Positions 18,830 to 28,663 of a DNA stretch of 63,656 bases are shown in pieces. The stretch is from a virus (taxonomy: Duplodnaviria; Caudoviricetes): the IMG/VR virus record IMGVR_UViG_3300036859_000369, positions 1 to 63,656 of that record. One strand, written 5' to 3'. Positions within the stretch are counted from its first letter, which is position 1. Each line of letters starts with the position of its first letter. The notes beneath the pieces were generated by a model, which was not told the DNA's origin, searched no databases, and worked only from the letters and a program-made list of their open reading frames with translations. The translations under genes and the position numbers were made by a program.

Positions 18830-19036
18830 CTACCAGAGCCCCACGTTGATATCGAACACCTTGATAACCGCGAGTATCCAGAGCAGTCCCCCGATACACC
18901 AGACAAACCATTCCCAATCGCCGGTGCCGCCAAAGAATTTCCGCATTATGCGGATGATGATGTAGCACACCAGCGCAATCAGTCCGGCTGCGAAGAGTAG
19001 GGCAATGATACCCTTGACGAGTGTGGCGAGATCCAT
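18830..19036 (-). CDS. Small 2-TM membrane protein
   Basis: Two hydrophobic helices; GGAGG RBS. Confidence 0.7.
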   Translation of the reverse strand: MDLATLVKGIIALLFAAGLIALVCYIIIRIMRKFFGGTGDWEWFVWCIGGLLWILAVIKVFDINVGLW

Positions 19037-19077
19037 GTTGTCCCTCCGGATGCCTCTGAGGCGTTCTGGGCGCCCCG

Positions 19078-19536
19078 CTAGAGGGCTGTTTCGGTCGGTC
19101 GGGTCGTCTGACCCATCCGCGCCCGTTCCATGCCTCTGACGATGTTTTCGTGGGGGGCATCCTGTACACCGATGGTCTCTTGTTCGCGTATCCGTTCCTG
19201 GATCTCGTCAACGATGGCCGTCGCCGTCGTCGTATCGGTTGACGGATTCGTCCGAGACTGCAACGCCGTAGATCCAATGGCAATGGCTGTGCCGATGATC
19301 GCCAGCAGGACGCCCTGTGCAACCAGTTGCATGGTCGCCGGGATACCGAGCGCCAGCATCACCAGCAGAATCAGAACGGTGGTCGATCCGAAGCAAATGG
19401 CCGGTGGCGCCCACTTCGGCAACGTAGCTGCCGTCCGGAGCCAGTCAATCCCCATCTTGCTCATCAGGATGATCCATCCGAGCACGGCGGCCAGGCGTGG
19501 ATCGAACTGGCTGACAATACTACTGATGTCGTTCAT
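19078..19536 (-). CDS. Putative holin (3 TM)
   Basis: Three hydrophobic segments and a hydrophilic C-tail. Confidence 0.55.
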   Translation of the reverse strand: MNDISSIVSQFDPRLAAVLGWIILMSKMGIDWLRTAATLPKWAPPAICFGSTTVLILLVMLALGIPATMQLVAQGVLLAIIGTAIAIGSTALQSRTNPSTDTTTATAIVDEIQERIREQETIGVQDAPHENIVRGMERARMGQTTRPTETAL

Positions 19537-20161
19537 GGCTCCTATCCTCCCGCAAGAGCTCGATATCTGCGGTCTGGCTCCGGATCAACGCGTGGGCCGC
19601 ATCCTGCATCTTCGCTGTCTCAATCAAGACCGCAATTGATTGCCCGATCTGTTCGCGAGTCATAAACGACATACCTGTGTCTTGTAATGACAGCTCTAAT
19701 GTACCCACGACCACACCCATACTGGTGTGGATGTCGTGCAGGATATCCCTGGCATCAAGTGACGCCTGTACCACCGTCTGGTCCGAATCAGGTTGCAATG
19801 GTGTCCGTCCAACAACCGCCTCCGTCCCAACCCAACCTATCGAAAACATCACGATCAACAACATCAAGTCAAGCATCACGACCATCATAACGTAACTGAC
19901 CGCCATGCCGGCAGCCGTAATCACTGGCGGATCGGGTACTAACGCTGCCGAAACCGTCTGACCGCCAATAGCCAGAAAGATGACCAGATACCCATACATC
20001 TGGACGCGCCGACGCCAGACCATGCGCGGGCGTATTGGGGACGCGAACACCATAGAACCGTTATGCGCAGAAATCGCTGCGTACGCAGACAGCAGAATGC
20101 CGCATCCAGCCAGAACCAGCCGGATACCTTCCAGGTTGCTCATGGTCCCGTGTGTCAGCAT
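19520..20161 (-). CDS. 3-TM membrane protein with a HisKA-like C-terminal segment
   Basis: TM helices followed by ILHDIHTSMGVVVGTLELSL. Confidence 0.6.
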   Translation of the reverse strand: MLTHGTMSNLEGIRLVLAGCGILLSAYAAISAHNGSMVFASPIRPRMVWRRRVQMYGYLVIFLAIGGQTVSAALVPDPPVITAAGMAVSYVMMVVMLDLMLLIVMFSIGWVGTEAVVGRTPLQPDSDQTVVQASLDARDILHDIHTSMGVVVGTLELSLQDTGMSFMTREQIGQSIAVLIETAKMQDAAHALIRSQTADIELLREDRSHERHQ

Positions 20162-20162
20162 A

Positions 20163-20558
20163 TCAGCGCCCCCCCCGGCGTATTCTCTGTCGTCCGGTCA
20201 TGCCCCAGAGCCGCGCATCCGTCGACAGGTCCAGGAGGCTGAATACCGTAAACACCAGTCCGACAAGCAATCGTAACCACATCGCCGTAACCGCGTATGG
20301 TGACCCCGAGTCTGGTAACGACATCGCCCAGATGCCGAGTCCTAATGACGACACGTGATAGATGATCCGCCCGGCTTCGCAACGAATGTGCCGCCAGCCT
20401 GCCATGATCTCGCGTCCGGTCGGGAACCGCGACGGCTGGGCATGCACCGCGCGCAACCGTCGCACCGTAAAGTACAGCATGGCCCCGGCTGCGACGATGC
20501 CGATCACATTGATGATCGACGCCAGGATCTCCAGAAGGCTGGCGGTCTGGTCTGTCAT
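20163..20558 (-). CDS. 3-TM membrane protein
   Basis: Hydrophobic helices. Confidence 0.65.
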   Translation of the reverse strand: MTDQTASLLEILASIINVIGIVAAGAMLYFTVRRLRAVHAQPSRFPTGREIMAGWRHIRCEAGRIIYHVSSLGLGIWAMSLPDSGSPYAVTAMWLRLLVGLVFTVFSLLDLSTDARLWGMTGRQRIRRGGR

Positions 20559-20730
20559 CGGTCCGCACGGTCCAGGTTGGTATCAATACCCAACATGTCC
20601 GCCTCGCGTCGTAACGCTTCGATCTGCCGCCGTTGCCACCGGATATCCTCCGGCGTGGACATCGGCCGGTTCGGTGTGGGCGGGGGCGGGGCGAGTCGCG
20701 CAACGATGCTCGCAAATATGTCTGACAATC

Positions 20731-20976
20731 TCAACTCCCCCGCCTTCCGGTGTGCTCTCGTGGCACTTTTTTGAGTGCCCCGCCCGCAATCCCCACGGAT
20801 TCTCGATTCAGCTCTGTCAGATCGGCGTTGACATCCTGTGCGTACTGAATGTGTGCATCTTTACCCTTGACAACCTGCCAGAACAGCGTCCCGAACCCGG
20901 CTGCAATCGCCCCACCGAGACCGGACGCCAACACAACGAACGACGCGTTGAGTGTGATGACCGTACACCCTTCCAC
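20731..20976 (-). CDS. Small protein with N-terminal TM
   Basis: Hydrophobic N-half; start uncertain. Confidence 0.5.
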   Translation of the reverse strand: MEGCTVITLNASFVVLASGLGGAIAAGFGTLFWQVVKGKDAHIQYAQDVNADLTELNRESVGIAGGALKKVPREHTGRRGS

Positions 20977-21341
20977 TAGGATATCGCCCGACAGATCACG
21001 CGCCGTCTGGATTCATACGATCGTGGTGGTGCAACGCCGACCACTTCGTACTGTTGTGACCCGACGAAAATCAGATCCGTGTTTTTCACATCGGTACCTC
21101 GCGGGACAGTGATCGTTACGCCAACATACCCCTGCAACGCATCGGCAACCGACCGTTCTACCGGTTCCTCAATCGACCCGACGCCACACGCAACTGTCGC
21201 GATCGTCACCCACTGTTCAACCTGTCCGCCGTGCCCGTCATCCACCGGGCCGGTGTCACGGCTGATCACCGCCACGTTGGGCGACGATTCCGCCACCAGT
21301 GCGTCGAATTCCGCTATGTCGAGCGCATCGAACATCGTCAC
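20976..21341 (-). CDS. Head closure protein (SPP1 gp16-like)
   Basis: DDGHGGQVEQW.TIATV...PRGTDV..TD...GSQQYEV. Confidence 0.8.
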   Translation of the reverse strand: MTMFDALDIAEFDALVAESSPNVAVISRDTGPVDDGHGGQVEQWVTIATVACGVGSIEEPVERSVADALQGYVGVTITVPRGTDVKNTDLIFVGSQQYEVVGVAPPRSYESRRRVICRAIS

Positions 21342-21787
21342 GCGTCGTCCTCGGTTTCGGTATCAATGAGTGGACTATCTGAATACTCCATGCTATCGCG
21401 ACGGAAAAACGGCTGGATCATCGTGTCATCGTCGGCCCGTGTGTCGCGATCCGCTGTGTAGACACCGCCCACGAACAGGGCCGGCACGATCGCACCATCC
21501 ACGGCCGATGATGCCTGGGTATCCAGTTCTTTGGCCCGGTCGGCATACGCCTTTGCTCTGTCGGACAGGTCCTTGCGCAAGTCGTCCCGGGCCTGTGTGA
21601 CCTGACGACTGTACTTCGCTGCCAGGTGCCGACAGACAGCAGCCGCCGTACGAAACACATTGCCAAACATGAGCAGCATGCCGGAGATTTCCTCGTCTGA
21701 AATCTGCTGGTCTGCTGTCAGGACATCACCAGACAAGAGCCTGACCTTATCCTTGTCCGTGGAAAGACTTGTGTTATAACTCCACAC
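21338..21787 (-). CDS. Head-tail adaptor protein
   Basis: WSYN....DKVRLLSGD....ISDEEI; GTG start with RBS. Confidence 0.75.
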   Translation of the reverse strand: MWSYNTSLSTDKDKVRLLSGDVLTADQQISDEEISGMLLMFGNVFRTAAAVCRHLAAKYSRQVTQARDDLRKDLSDRAKAYADRAKELDTQASSAVDGAIVPALFVGGVYTADRDTRADDDTMIQPFFRRDSMEYSDSPLIDTETEDDA

Positions 21788-21815
21788 GTCACATCCCCCA
21801 CTCAAAGGAATCGGT

Positions 21816-22649
21816 ATGCCTGTCTCCCAGGCTTGCGCCCAGTGCGATCGTCCATTCATGGCCCGTACCGCTGCCGTCGAGGCCGGGCGCGGACTGTTCT
21901 GCGGACGAACCTGCTACGCCATCTCGCGCCAGAATAGAATAACCGCTGCATGTGCCCTGTGCTGTCGGCAATATACGCGTCCTAAGTCCCAGGTCGGCGC
22001 GTTTTGTAGCCAGCGGTGTGCCGATACATCGAGATCCGTACAGATGATCGTGCAGTGCCAGGCATGCACTACTGAGTTTGCAGCCAATCCGAACCAAAAG
22101 AGGAAGTTTTGTAGTGTCTCCTGTGCTCGTATGGCAGCCACGAAAGAAGATATCCCGTGGCTGTTGTGGCGTAACGTTGACAAAACAGATACTTGCTGGT
22201 TGTGGAAGAAGCGCCCGGGGGCTCATGGGTACGGCTCGCTGTCGTACGGTAATGATACTGCGCGACTGCTGGTACACCGCATCAGCCTTGAATTGGCTAT
22301 AGGGCGCCCACTGCTGAAACACGAACGAGCCTGCCATGTCTGCGATATCCGTCTGTGCGTCCGCAATGATGGTGTCGGCACCTACGCTGTGAGCGGCATC
22401 GACTATCCGCGATACGGTCACTTGTGGTTGGGCACTGATGCCGCCAACCTTGCCGATATGGTCGCTAAGGGGCGATCTGCAAAGGGTAGCGCACATAGCC
22501 AAAGCCGATTGACCGAATCTGACGTTATCCATATGCGCGCCATCGCAGAGCAAAGCGACATCAATCAACGACAGATTGCTGATATGTTTCACATCAGCCC
22601 GTCTGCCGTAAGTGTCATCTTGGGCCGCAAACGCTGGGCACATATCTAA
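21816..22649 (+). CDS. HNH endonuclease with N-terminal CxxC...FCSxxC repeats and C-terminal HTH
   Basis: CWLW..GYG..VHR..CHVCDIRLCVRN..HLWLGT. Confidence 0.9.
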   Translation: MPVSQACAQCDRPFMARTAAVEAGRGLFCGRTCYAISRQNRITAACALCCRQYTRPKSQVGAFCSQRCADTSRSVQMIVQCQACTTEFAANPNQKRKFCSVSCARMAATKEDIPWLLWRNVDKTDTCWLWKKRPGAHGYGSLSYGNDTARLLVHRISLELAIGRPLLKHERACHVCDIRLCVRNDGVGTYAVSGIDYPRYGHLWLGTDAANLADMVAKGRSAKGSAHSQSRLTESDVIHMRAIAEQSDINQRQIADMFHISPSAVSVILGRKRWAHI

Positions 22650-22672
22650 GCGTCCGACCACGTCATGATCGA

Positions 22673-22822
22673 CTAGTCCCCCGGAGATACGAGGTTACGG
22701 TGCCAGGCATCCGGCTGTTGCCTGTGCCGCCGGGCCTGTCGTTGACCTTCCCGGACCCACTCCAGGATCAAGATACCGAGCGCCAGAACGGCGAACAGCA
22801 CCGCGCCACCACGCTTACCCAT
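22673..22822 (-). CDS. 49-aa single-TM protein
   Basis: Hand translation MGKRGGAVLFAVLALGILILEWVREG...; GAGGGTG RBS. Confidence 0.45.
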   Translation of the reverse strand: MGKRGGAVLFAVLALGILILEWVREGQRQARRHRQQPDAWHRNLVSPGD

Positions 22823-22843
22823 GTTCACCCTCGCGGTGTTGCG

Positions 22844-23830
22844 TCATTTCGGAATGACGCAGTCGGCCGGGGCTACAACGGCGTACGCTTCGGCCACCTT
22901 TCTATCCACGAATCCACCAGTTTCCGTGCGGTAATTCGGCTGGAAATACTGACGGGCCATCAGGTAACGCAGCGTATCAACCATGCCCGGTGTCCACTCC
23001 GCGATATCCCAGAGTCGCGAACCGATCAGCCGCGATCGGGCCGGCTCTTCCAGGTGCATCACGAACTGTGCTGCCTGCGTCATGATGTCTCTGCGCCAAT
23101 CCCGATCTAGCACCGTCCTTGACGCGCTACCATCATGGACACGGACCCATCCGAACGCATTCGGGGTGTAGACCGCGCCGTACCGACAGGCGGCAATGTG
23201 CCAGGTCAGCGTCTCCGAGTACGGCCAGAATGCCGGATCCCAGCCACCATGCTGGTCCCATGCTCGCTGGCTGATAACACACCCGGCCGCATGAATGATG
23301 CCACGCACACCCAGCAGTCTAGCTACAGCATCGGGCGACAGATAGCGCGGGGCCATCGTCACGCCGTCAACCTGGTTGTTCGACTCTGGTCCCCAACCGA
23401 GATGGATGCCAGCCACGTCGCCCACAATCACATCAATCTGCCTGTCCGGCAAGCTGCTCTGTCGTGGGTGAAATGCTTCGATCGCCTCGAAGATGGACGC
23501 GATTGCGCGCGGCTCCATGACATCGTTGGCGCTCGCAATGTAGAAATAATCACCCCTGGCGATCCGGGCGCCTTCGTTCGTCGCTTTCGCGCACCCCTGG
23601 TTGCCATCCGCCGACACCACAATCTGCATCGATGGCATCATATTGCGCCGGAATGCACACGCAATGTCAAACGTTGTATCCGTCGATCCGTCGTCCATGA
23701 CGATGACTTCTACGTCCGATTCATAGCGGGACGTACAGACCTGTCGCGCGATGCTGCGCAACTGTTCCGGCAGGTGCCGCTGCTCGTTATAGGCGGCAAT
23801 GATGATGCTAAGTCGCGGCGACATGGACAT
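22844..23830 (-). CDS. Glycosyltransferase family 2
   Basis: LSIIIAAYNE...VIVMDDGSTD...NQG. Confidence 0.92.
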   Translation of the reverse strand: MSMSPRLSIIIAAYNEQRHLPEQLRSIARQVCTSRYESDVEVIVMDDGSTDTTFDIACAFRRNMMPSMQIVVSADGNQGCAKATNEGARIARGDYFYIASANDVMEPRAIASIFEAIEAFHPRQSSLPDRQIDVIVGDVAGIHLGWGPESNNQVDGVTMAPRYLSPDAVARLLGVRGIIHAAGCVISQRAWDQHGGWDPAFWPYSETLTWHIAACRYGAVYTPNAFGWVRVHDGSASRTVLDRDWRRDIMTQAAQFVMHLEEPARSRLIGSRLWDIAEWTPGMVDTLRYLMARQYFQPNYRTETGGFVDRKVAEAYAVVAPADCVIPK

Positions 23831-24176
23831 CTCCCGATCGCACCATCAGATCTGGGATTGGAAACCACGCGCGTTTCCAATCATCCCCCGATAGGATGAT
23901 GCCCGTATGCCGCGCCATGGCTTCCCGCACGACCGGCAGATACCGCGCCGGTGCGCAGTGAATAACTGCCCGGATAGGATCGTCAGACGGCGACAGGTTG
24001 CCGAGTGCATACGCGTACCGTTCGTTCGACAGATCCATGCAATGCCACGTGTACCGCTCGTGATCGATGTCGGCCGGAGTCCGCGAGATCCCGACCACGG
24101 TGTGCCCCTGACCCAGTAATTCCGAAATGACCCTGTCACCCTCGAAGCTGCTGGCACCTGTCACCAGGACTCTCAT
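23808..24176 (-). CDS. Short NAD(P)-dependent epimerase/dehydratase-like Rossmann protein (N-domain only)
   Basis: MRVLVTGASSFEG...GHTVVGISR...AVIHCA. Confidence 0.65.
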   Translation of the reverse strand: MRVLVTGASSFEGDRVISELLGQGHTVVGISRTPADIDHERYTWHCMDLSNERYAYALGNLSPSDDPIRAVIHCAPARYLPVVREAMARHTGIILSGDDWKRAWFPIPDLMVRSGDVHVAAT

Positions 24177-24784
24177 GGTCCGGCCTCCGGCCTCGGTGCT
24201 TTCTGCATCACGACACAGATGTCTCCGAGATGCGGCCATCTCGGATCGGCGTTGCCGCGCTCGACGGTCTGGAGATTGAACCACGGGCCATCCGGAAAAT
24301 AGATCCGGCCATAGTCCTGATACAACGGATGCAACGGCCAGAAGTAACAGAACGTCTCTTCGTGAAACACTCGACGGTGGGTCGGATCGCGGAACGACAC
24401 CGGGTTATTCCAGGCTGCCACCCGAATGACCAGTTGTCCGTCGTCCGTCAGGATGCGCCAGCATTCGCGCAACCAGACATCCACGTCTGCCCGCAAGTGC
24501 TCGAACACATCAAGTGCCACAATCTTCTGAAATCGGCCGTCTGGAATCGGCCAGTTCAGATGCCGATTGCCACCGACCACGTCGAGATCAATCACGATAT
24601 CCACATAATCGGCATGCTTGCGGATATCGTGATTGACGGCCCCTTCTATCGGTCGATTGCCGCACCCGAGATGCAACACTTTCCGGTTGGCCAGCGCTTC
24701 GAGTTGTTCGGCCACGATCGCCCCGGACACCGTCATAGGCTTCGTGATGTACTCTGTGACCTTATCCACGGATAGCCTCCTCAA
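24173..24784 (-). CDS. Class I SAM-dependent methyltransferase
   Basis: LHLGCG...DVFEHL...ECWRIL...DPTH; start uncertain. Confidence 0.85.
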   Translation of the reverse strand: MRRLSVDKVTEYITKPMTVSGAIVAEQLEALANRKVLHLGCGNRPIEGAVNHDIRKHADYVDIVIDLDVVGGNRHLNWPIPDGRFQKIVALDVFEHLRADVDVWLRECWRILTDDGQLVIRVAAWNNPVSFRDPTHRRVFHEETFCYFWPLHPLYQDYGRIYFPDGPWFNLQTVERGNADPRWPHLGDICVVMQKAPRPEAGP

Positions 24785-25976
24785 AGCGGCTGACAGGCTT
24801 CTGGGAACGTTCTAGCCGTCCTTCTATCTCGGTCAGTGCCGGTGCCCAGAATTCCCGGGTCACGGTGTCCGCATCGTACGACATTGCGCCACTGCGACTG
24901 TCAAAAGATCGATCGCTGTACCGCCCATGGCCGGTCAAGTACGCTTCCCGCATGCGCTGGTAGATAGCGTCCTCGTGGCCCCACCACTGATACGCGGCTA
25001 GCGGGTTGTGGTACCGGGTTGCCTCATCCTTCGAGACTTTCCAACCGGCGAAACAGAGCTCGGACATCGCCGTCCAATCGCCCACGATCGACGGGATACC
25101 ACAGGCGGCTGCCTCCAGGATCGGGATACCGAATCCCTCGCCCATGCTGACCGATGTCAGGACGTTGAAGCTGCAATACAACGCCCGCATCTCTTCAGCT
25201 TCTAGCCCGAAGTGATAGGCGTCCGGCTGGGTCCAGGAAACGGCATCCCCAACGCCCAGTTGCTCGACGTACTCGGCCAGGTTCTCGCCGCCGATGTTGC
25301 GTAGCCCGGATGTGTCGGCCCGGGTATGCAGGTACATCCGTGTATCGGGGTGCTCTTTGTGCAGACGGGCGAATGCTGCAAGCTGGGGTTTGAACGCCTT
25401 ACGGGATGGCGTGCCAACGTTGGCAGCGACCATCCCGATGATAAAGTCGTCTCGCGGGAGACCGATCAGTGCGCGGGCCTCCTGTCGATCCATTGGCGTG
25501 TACGCGTTCGTGTCCACACCATGCGGAATGTACAGCGGCTCAATGCCGGCATCCCGACACATCCGCTCAGCGAACCGTGAAAACACCATCGGCACAACGA
25601 CCGGCAGGATATTCGGATTCGTCAATCGCATCTTGATGCAATTTGGCAATGGCTCCGAATCAACCGGGAACCATGGGGCGATCGATATACCGCCAGTGAC
25701 ACCCTGGGGTAACGCCCAGATATCCATCAGACTGATGATCACATCGGCGTTGTGATGCTTCGCCGGTACCGCCATCGATTCGTAATCGATGCCACCGGAT
25801 GCCGCCGCCGGATAGATCGTGATGCCGTCCGATTCGACGCGTCCGCCCTGGATGCCCCAGTACGCGGCTATCGCGATGTCATGGCCGAGATCCCGGATAC
25901 GCTTGACAAACAGCTCGGTTTGATTGCCGTATCCAGATCCCGCGTGTGGGGCGTTGGAATACCAGAGGATGCGCAC
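24762..25976 (-). CDS. Glycosyltransferase family 4 (GT-B)
   Basis: SGYG..IPHGVD..EGFGIPILEAAACGIP. Confidence 0.92.
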   Translation of the reverse strand: MRILWYSNAPHAGSGYGNQTELFVKRIRDLGHDIAIAAYWGIQGGRVESDGITIYPAAASGGIDYESMAVPAKHHNADVIISLMDIWALPQGVTGGISIAPWFPVDSEPLPNCIKMRLTNPNILPVVVPMVFSRFAERMCRDAGIEPLYIPHGVDTNAYTPMDRQEARALIGLPRDDFIIGMVAANVGTPSRKAFKPQLAAFARLHKEHPDTRMYLHTRADTSGLRNIGGENLAEYVEQLGVGDAVSWTQPDAYHFGLEAEEMRALYCSFNVLTSVSMGEGFGIPILEAAACGIPSIVGDWTAMSELCFAGWKVSKDEATRYHNPLAAYQWWGHEDAIYQRMREAYLTGHGRYSDRSFDSRSGAMSYDADTVTREFWAPALTEIEGRLERSQKPVSRFEEAIRG

Positions 25977-26024
25977 GGATGATGTCCTTTCGTGGGCCGA
26001 ATGAATCGGGAGACGATTCGGGCG

Positions 26025-26354
26025 CTAGAGATCCCCTCCAGTATATCCGTAGTGGATGGTGCCGGCAGTCCCGATGGTCTGCATATTGAGTGTGCCACCG
26101 GACGGTGTGACTCCGAGCCTGTGCGTCATATTGGGCGCGAGCGGAATGCCGACGAGTGTGCCGTCCGTCGCTTCACCGACCGCGACACGATGGGGGACTG
26201 TCGAATATGTCCACAATGTCGTCGCGTAGGCCGGAATAGTGCCGGCTGCTGCATTGGACCCGGCGTTCGCGTGCACAAGCTGATTGCCACCCTGCATCCC
26301 CGATGCTAAGACGGCCGTGGTGTCAGCCACGATGCGCTGATTCCGCGTGGTCAT
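26025..26354 (-). CDS. Hypothetical virion-associated protein
   Basis: Head module, same strand. Confidence 0.55.
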   Translation of the reverse strand: MTTRNQRIVADTTAVLASGMQGGNQLVHANAGSNAAAGTIPAYATTLWTYSTVPHRVAVGEATDGTLVGIPLAPNMTHRLGVTPSGGTLNMQTIGTAGTIHYGYTGGDL

Positions 26355-26362
26355 GGCGGCGC

Positions 26363-26707
26363 CTACGCAGTCAGGTCAAGATGTGCATACGTCATCGAAA
26401 ACGTACCCGGCTGCACCGTGCCACTGGTCGGGTTGGTCAGGTAGGCGGTCAGGGTGCCGGCCCCCGGCTTGACCCCGGTCAGTACCAGGCCGGCTGTCGG
26501 TGTCAGGATGTTCGGTGTGACGATGTCGGTTGCGGCAACACCGGCAAGCGCGGTATTGACGGTCCCGATACCCCCCGGTAGGATCGTCCCGTGCACGGCG
26601 TTGAGAGTGCCATAATTGACACCCCGCATGGTCGCACCGGACCCGATCTGTAATTGCGTCGTGGCAAGGACGCCAAAGAGCCCTTTGCCTTTCGTCAGTC
26701 GGTTCAT
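26363..26707 (-). CDS. Putative capsid decoration / head fibre protein
   Basis: G/T/A-rich beta composition, downstream of the capsid gene. Confidence 0.55.
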   Translation of the reverse strand: MNRLTKGKGLFGVLATTQLQIGSGATMRGVNYGTLNAVHGTILPGGIGTVNTALAGVAATDIVTPNILTPTAGLVLTGVKPGAGTLTAYLTNPTSGTVQPGTFSMTYAHLDLTA

Positions 26708-26806
26708 AGTGCCTCTCGCCCTTTCTCGCCGTCTGTTGCCCCTGTGGGAACGTCTGGGGGCTATCTGACGGGGCCACCGTCCCGGCAAGGACGATGCAGG
26801 AGGGGG

Positions 26807-27190
26807 TTACGTGGTCGGTACGCGGATGCGCTTGCCGCCCGCGATCTGACGGGATGCCTTGCTGTTCTCGACAAAGAGCGGCGCTTCCTGTTCTAGCCGT
26901 CGCTCTCGCCGTTCGGCCCGTTCGTCCTCAGACAGCGGGTTATCGTCGCGTTCGCGATGTCGTTCTGATCCGTGGGCTGCCCGTTCGGCATCTCCGACGA
27001 ATCGGGCCGGACACTCGCCGCAATCGGCTACGTCTGCCCTGGCGTCCAGTTTCATCAAATAGCCCAGCCGGACCAGTTTCTCGTCGTTCTGGACGCCCAA
27101 CAACGGGACAACCTGTCCACGATCCAGGTTGCCGTGCCGACCATAGCCGAACGGTCGCCGCGCGTAATAGAGATCAGCCGCGCCTGCCAT
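26807..27190 (-). CDS. Hypothetical protein (C2H-type zinc motif)
   Basis: CGECPARF...H; follows the capsid gene. Confidence 0.65.
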   Translation of the reverse strand: MAGAADLYYARRPFGYGRHGNLDRGQVVPLLGVQNDEKLVRLGYLMKLDARADVADCGECPARFVGDAERAAHGSERHRERDDNPLSEDERAERRERRLEQEAPLFVENSKASRQIAGGKRIRVPTT

Positions 27191-27198
27191 CGTACCCC

Positions 27199-28158
27199 CT
27201 ACTGTACCGCCGAACTGAGGAAGGTTCCGGCGCGCGTGGCAGTGGCGGCCTGATCAAAATAGGTGTTGCCCTCGATGATGTCAACCTCGCGCTCTTCGTC
27301 CCGCATCCGCTTGATGTACTGGAGCGCGTTCGGGACCACCTGCCAGACGAACGTGTAACCAGCCGCCGGCTGCTTCAAGCTCGGCCGCTCCGGCACGTAC
27401 AGGAACAACGCGTTCTTTCCCCAGATCCGGGTATAGGTGACGGACCCTTCGGCCGTCCCCTCTGGATCGGTCGTATAGATCGCCCGGCCAATCAGCAGCT
27501 TCGGAACCTCGAAGAGGCTGGCCGCCAGATCGATCGACATCACGCCGCGTTGTGTGTACTTGATAGTGTCGATCAGGTCCGGATGCCATTTGAGGGAATT
27601 CCAGACCTGTTTGCCGAGCACGACGGTGTTGGGCGCACGGCCGATCCGCGACTCGATTTCATCTTCGTAGGTTGTGAAGTCGGTCAACGGACTACTGCTA
27701 GCGTAGTCGTCCCAGCGGGTGAAATCGGTCCCGCCGGCCTCGTCGTCGCCCCAGACGCCCGTTTTGAAAAAGTCGGTCGCAAAGGCGATTTCGCGCCTCA
27801 TGGCGACCTTGTCTGAGACGAAATCGACGGCATCCGCCTCCAGGTTCTGGAACGGGCCGTCTGCGTTCTTCCGCTCCTCGTCCGAGATTTCGTCTCGGAA
27901 TGAGTAGCGGGGGCAGTAGTAGGTCTGCGTCTTGTCGATCGACCAGCCGCCCCCCTCTGACTTCGATCGCGGCAACCGCAACCGGGCGCCGTCACGGAAC
28001 CAGTGGCTCTGGTCGTACTTCGGGACGATGTCCGACTGCTTGTTCACCATCAAGATCGGGAAAATCTGGTCCGCGATGTAGTTGAGATTGGAATAGCCAA
28101 TGCTCATGTTCGTGAGCATGGCGTCAACATGCAGATCACTCGCCAACGGTCCGGGCAT
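27199..28158 (-). CDS. Major capsid protein (HK97 fold, lambda gpE-like)
   Basis: HVDAMLTNMSIGY.N..YIADQIFP...PNTVVLG..VW..LK.HP. Confidence 0.88.
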   Translation of the reverse strand: MPGPLASDLHVDAMLTNMSIGYSNLNYIADQIFPILMVNKQSDIVPKYDQSHWFRDGARLRLPRSKSEGGGWSIDKTQTYYCPRYSFRDEISDEERKNADGPFQNLEADAVDFVSDKVAMRREIAFATDFFKTGVWGDDEAGGTDFTRWDDYASSSPLTDFTTYEDEIESRIGRAPNTVVLGKQVWNSLKWHPDLIDTIKYTQRGVMSIDLAASLFEVPKLLIGRAIYTTDPEGTAEGSVTYTRIWGKNALFLYVPERPSLKQPAAGYTFVWQVVPNALQYIKRMRDEEREVDIIEGNTYFDQAATATRAGTFLSSAVQ

Positions 28159-28186
28159 TACGTGACCCCCTCTCTATGGATGTGGG

Positions 28187-28585
28187 CTAGAATGCCCGCT
28201 TTGGCGCACCGGTCGCATCGATGTCCACAGTACCGATCAGGTCGGCCACGTTGACACCTTCTTCCACGAAACAGACCGGGTACGCTGCCGTGCCGCCGAC
28301 ACCAACCGCATGTACCGTGCCTTTGCCGGCGCCATCGGTGCCGACCATATTCGTGCCGGTCGCGATCGATCCGCCGAAAATCAAACGGCTGACCCCGGCC
28401 CGCATCACGAGCGCGGGCTGGAGACTGCCCGGGGCGTTCTGGAGAATGCCGTACGGGACATCCGTGGTCGCTGCACACAGGACAGCCTGACCGCTGCTGT
28501 TCAGCTTGACAAACTTGTACTTGTGTGTGGACAGATCAGCCCCAGCCTGCCGCGTCACGCTGTACCGGTCCTTTTCAAACGCCAT
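28187..28585 (-). CDS. Capsid cement/decoration protein
   Basis: AGADL...YKFVKL...GILQNAP; between the protease and capsid genes. Confidence 0.7.
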   Translation of the reverse strand: MAFEKDRYSVTRQAGADLSTHKYKFVKLNSSGQAVLCAATTDVPYGILQNAPGSLQPALVMRAGVSRLIFGGSIATGTNMVGTDGAGKGTVHAVGVGGTAAYPVCFVEEGVNVADLIGTVDIDATGAPKRAF

Positions 28586-28663
28586 GACCTGACCCTCCTG
28601 TCCCGAACAACGGAGCCTTCCTGGCTACGCCGTCCTTTGTGTCATTCTGAAAGGACGAGACTG

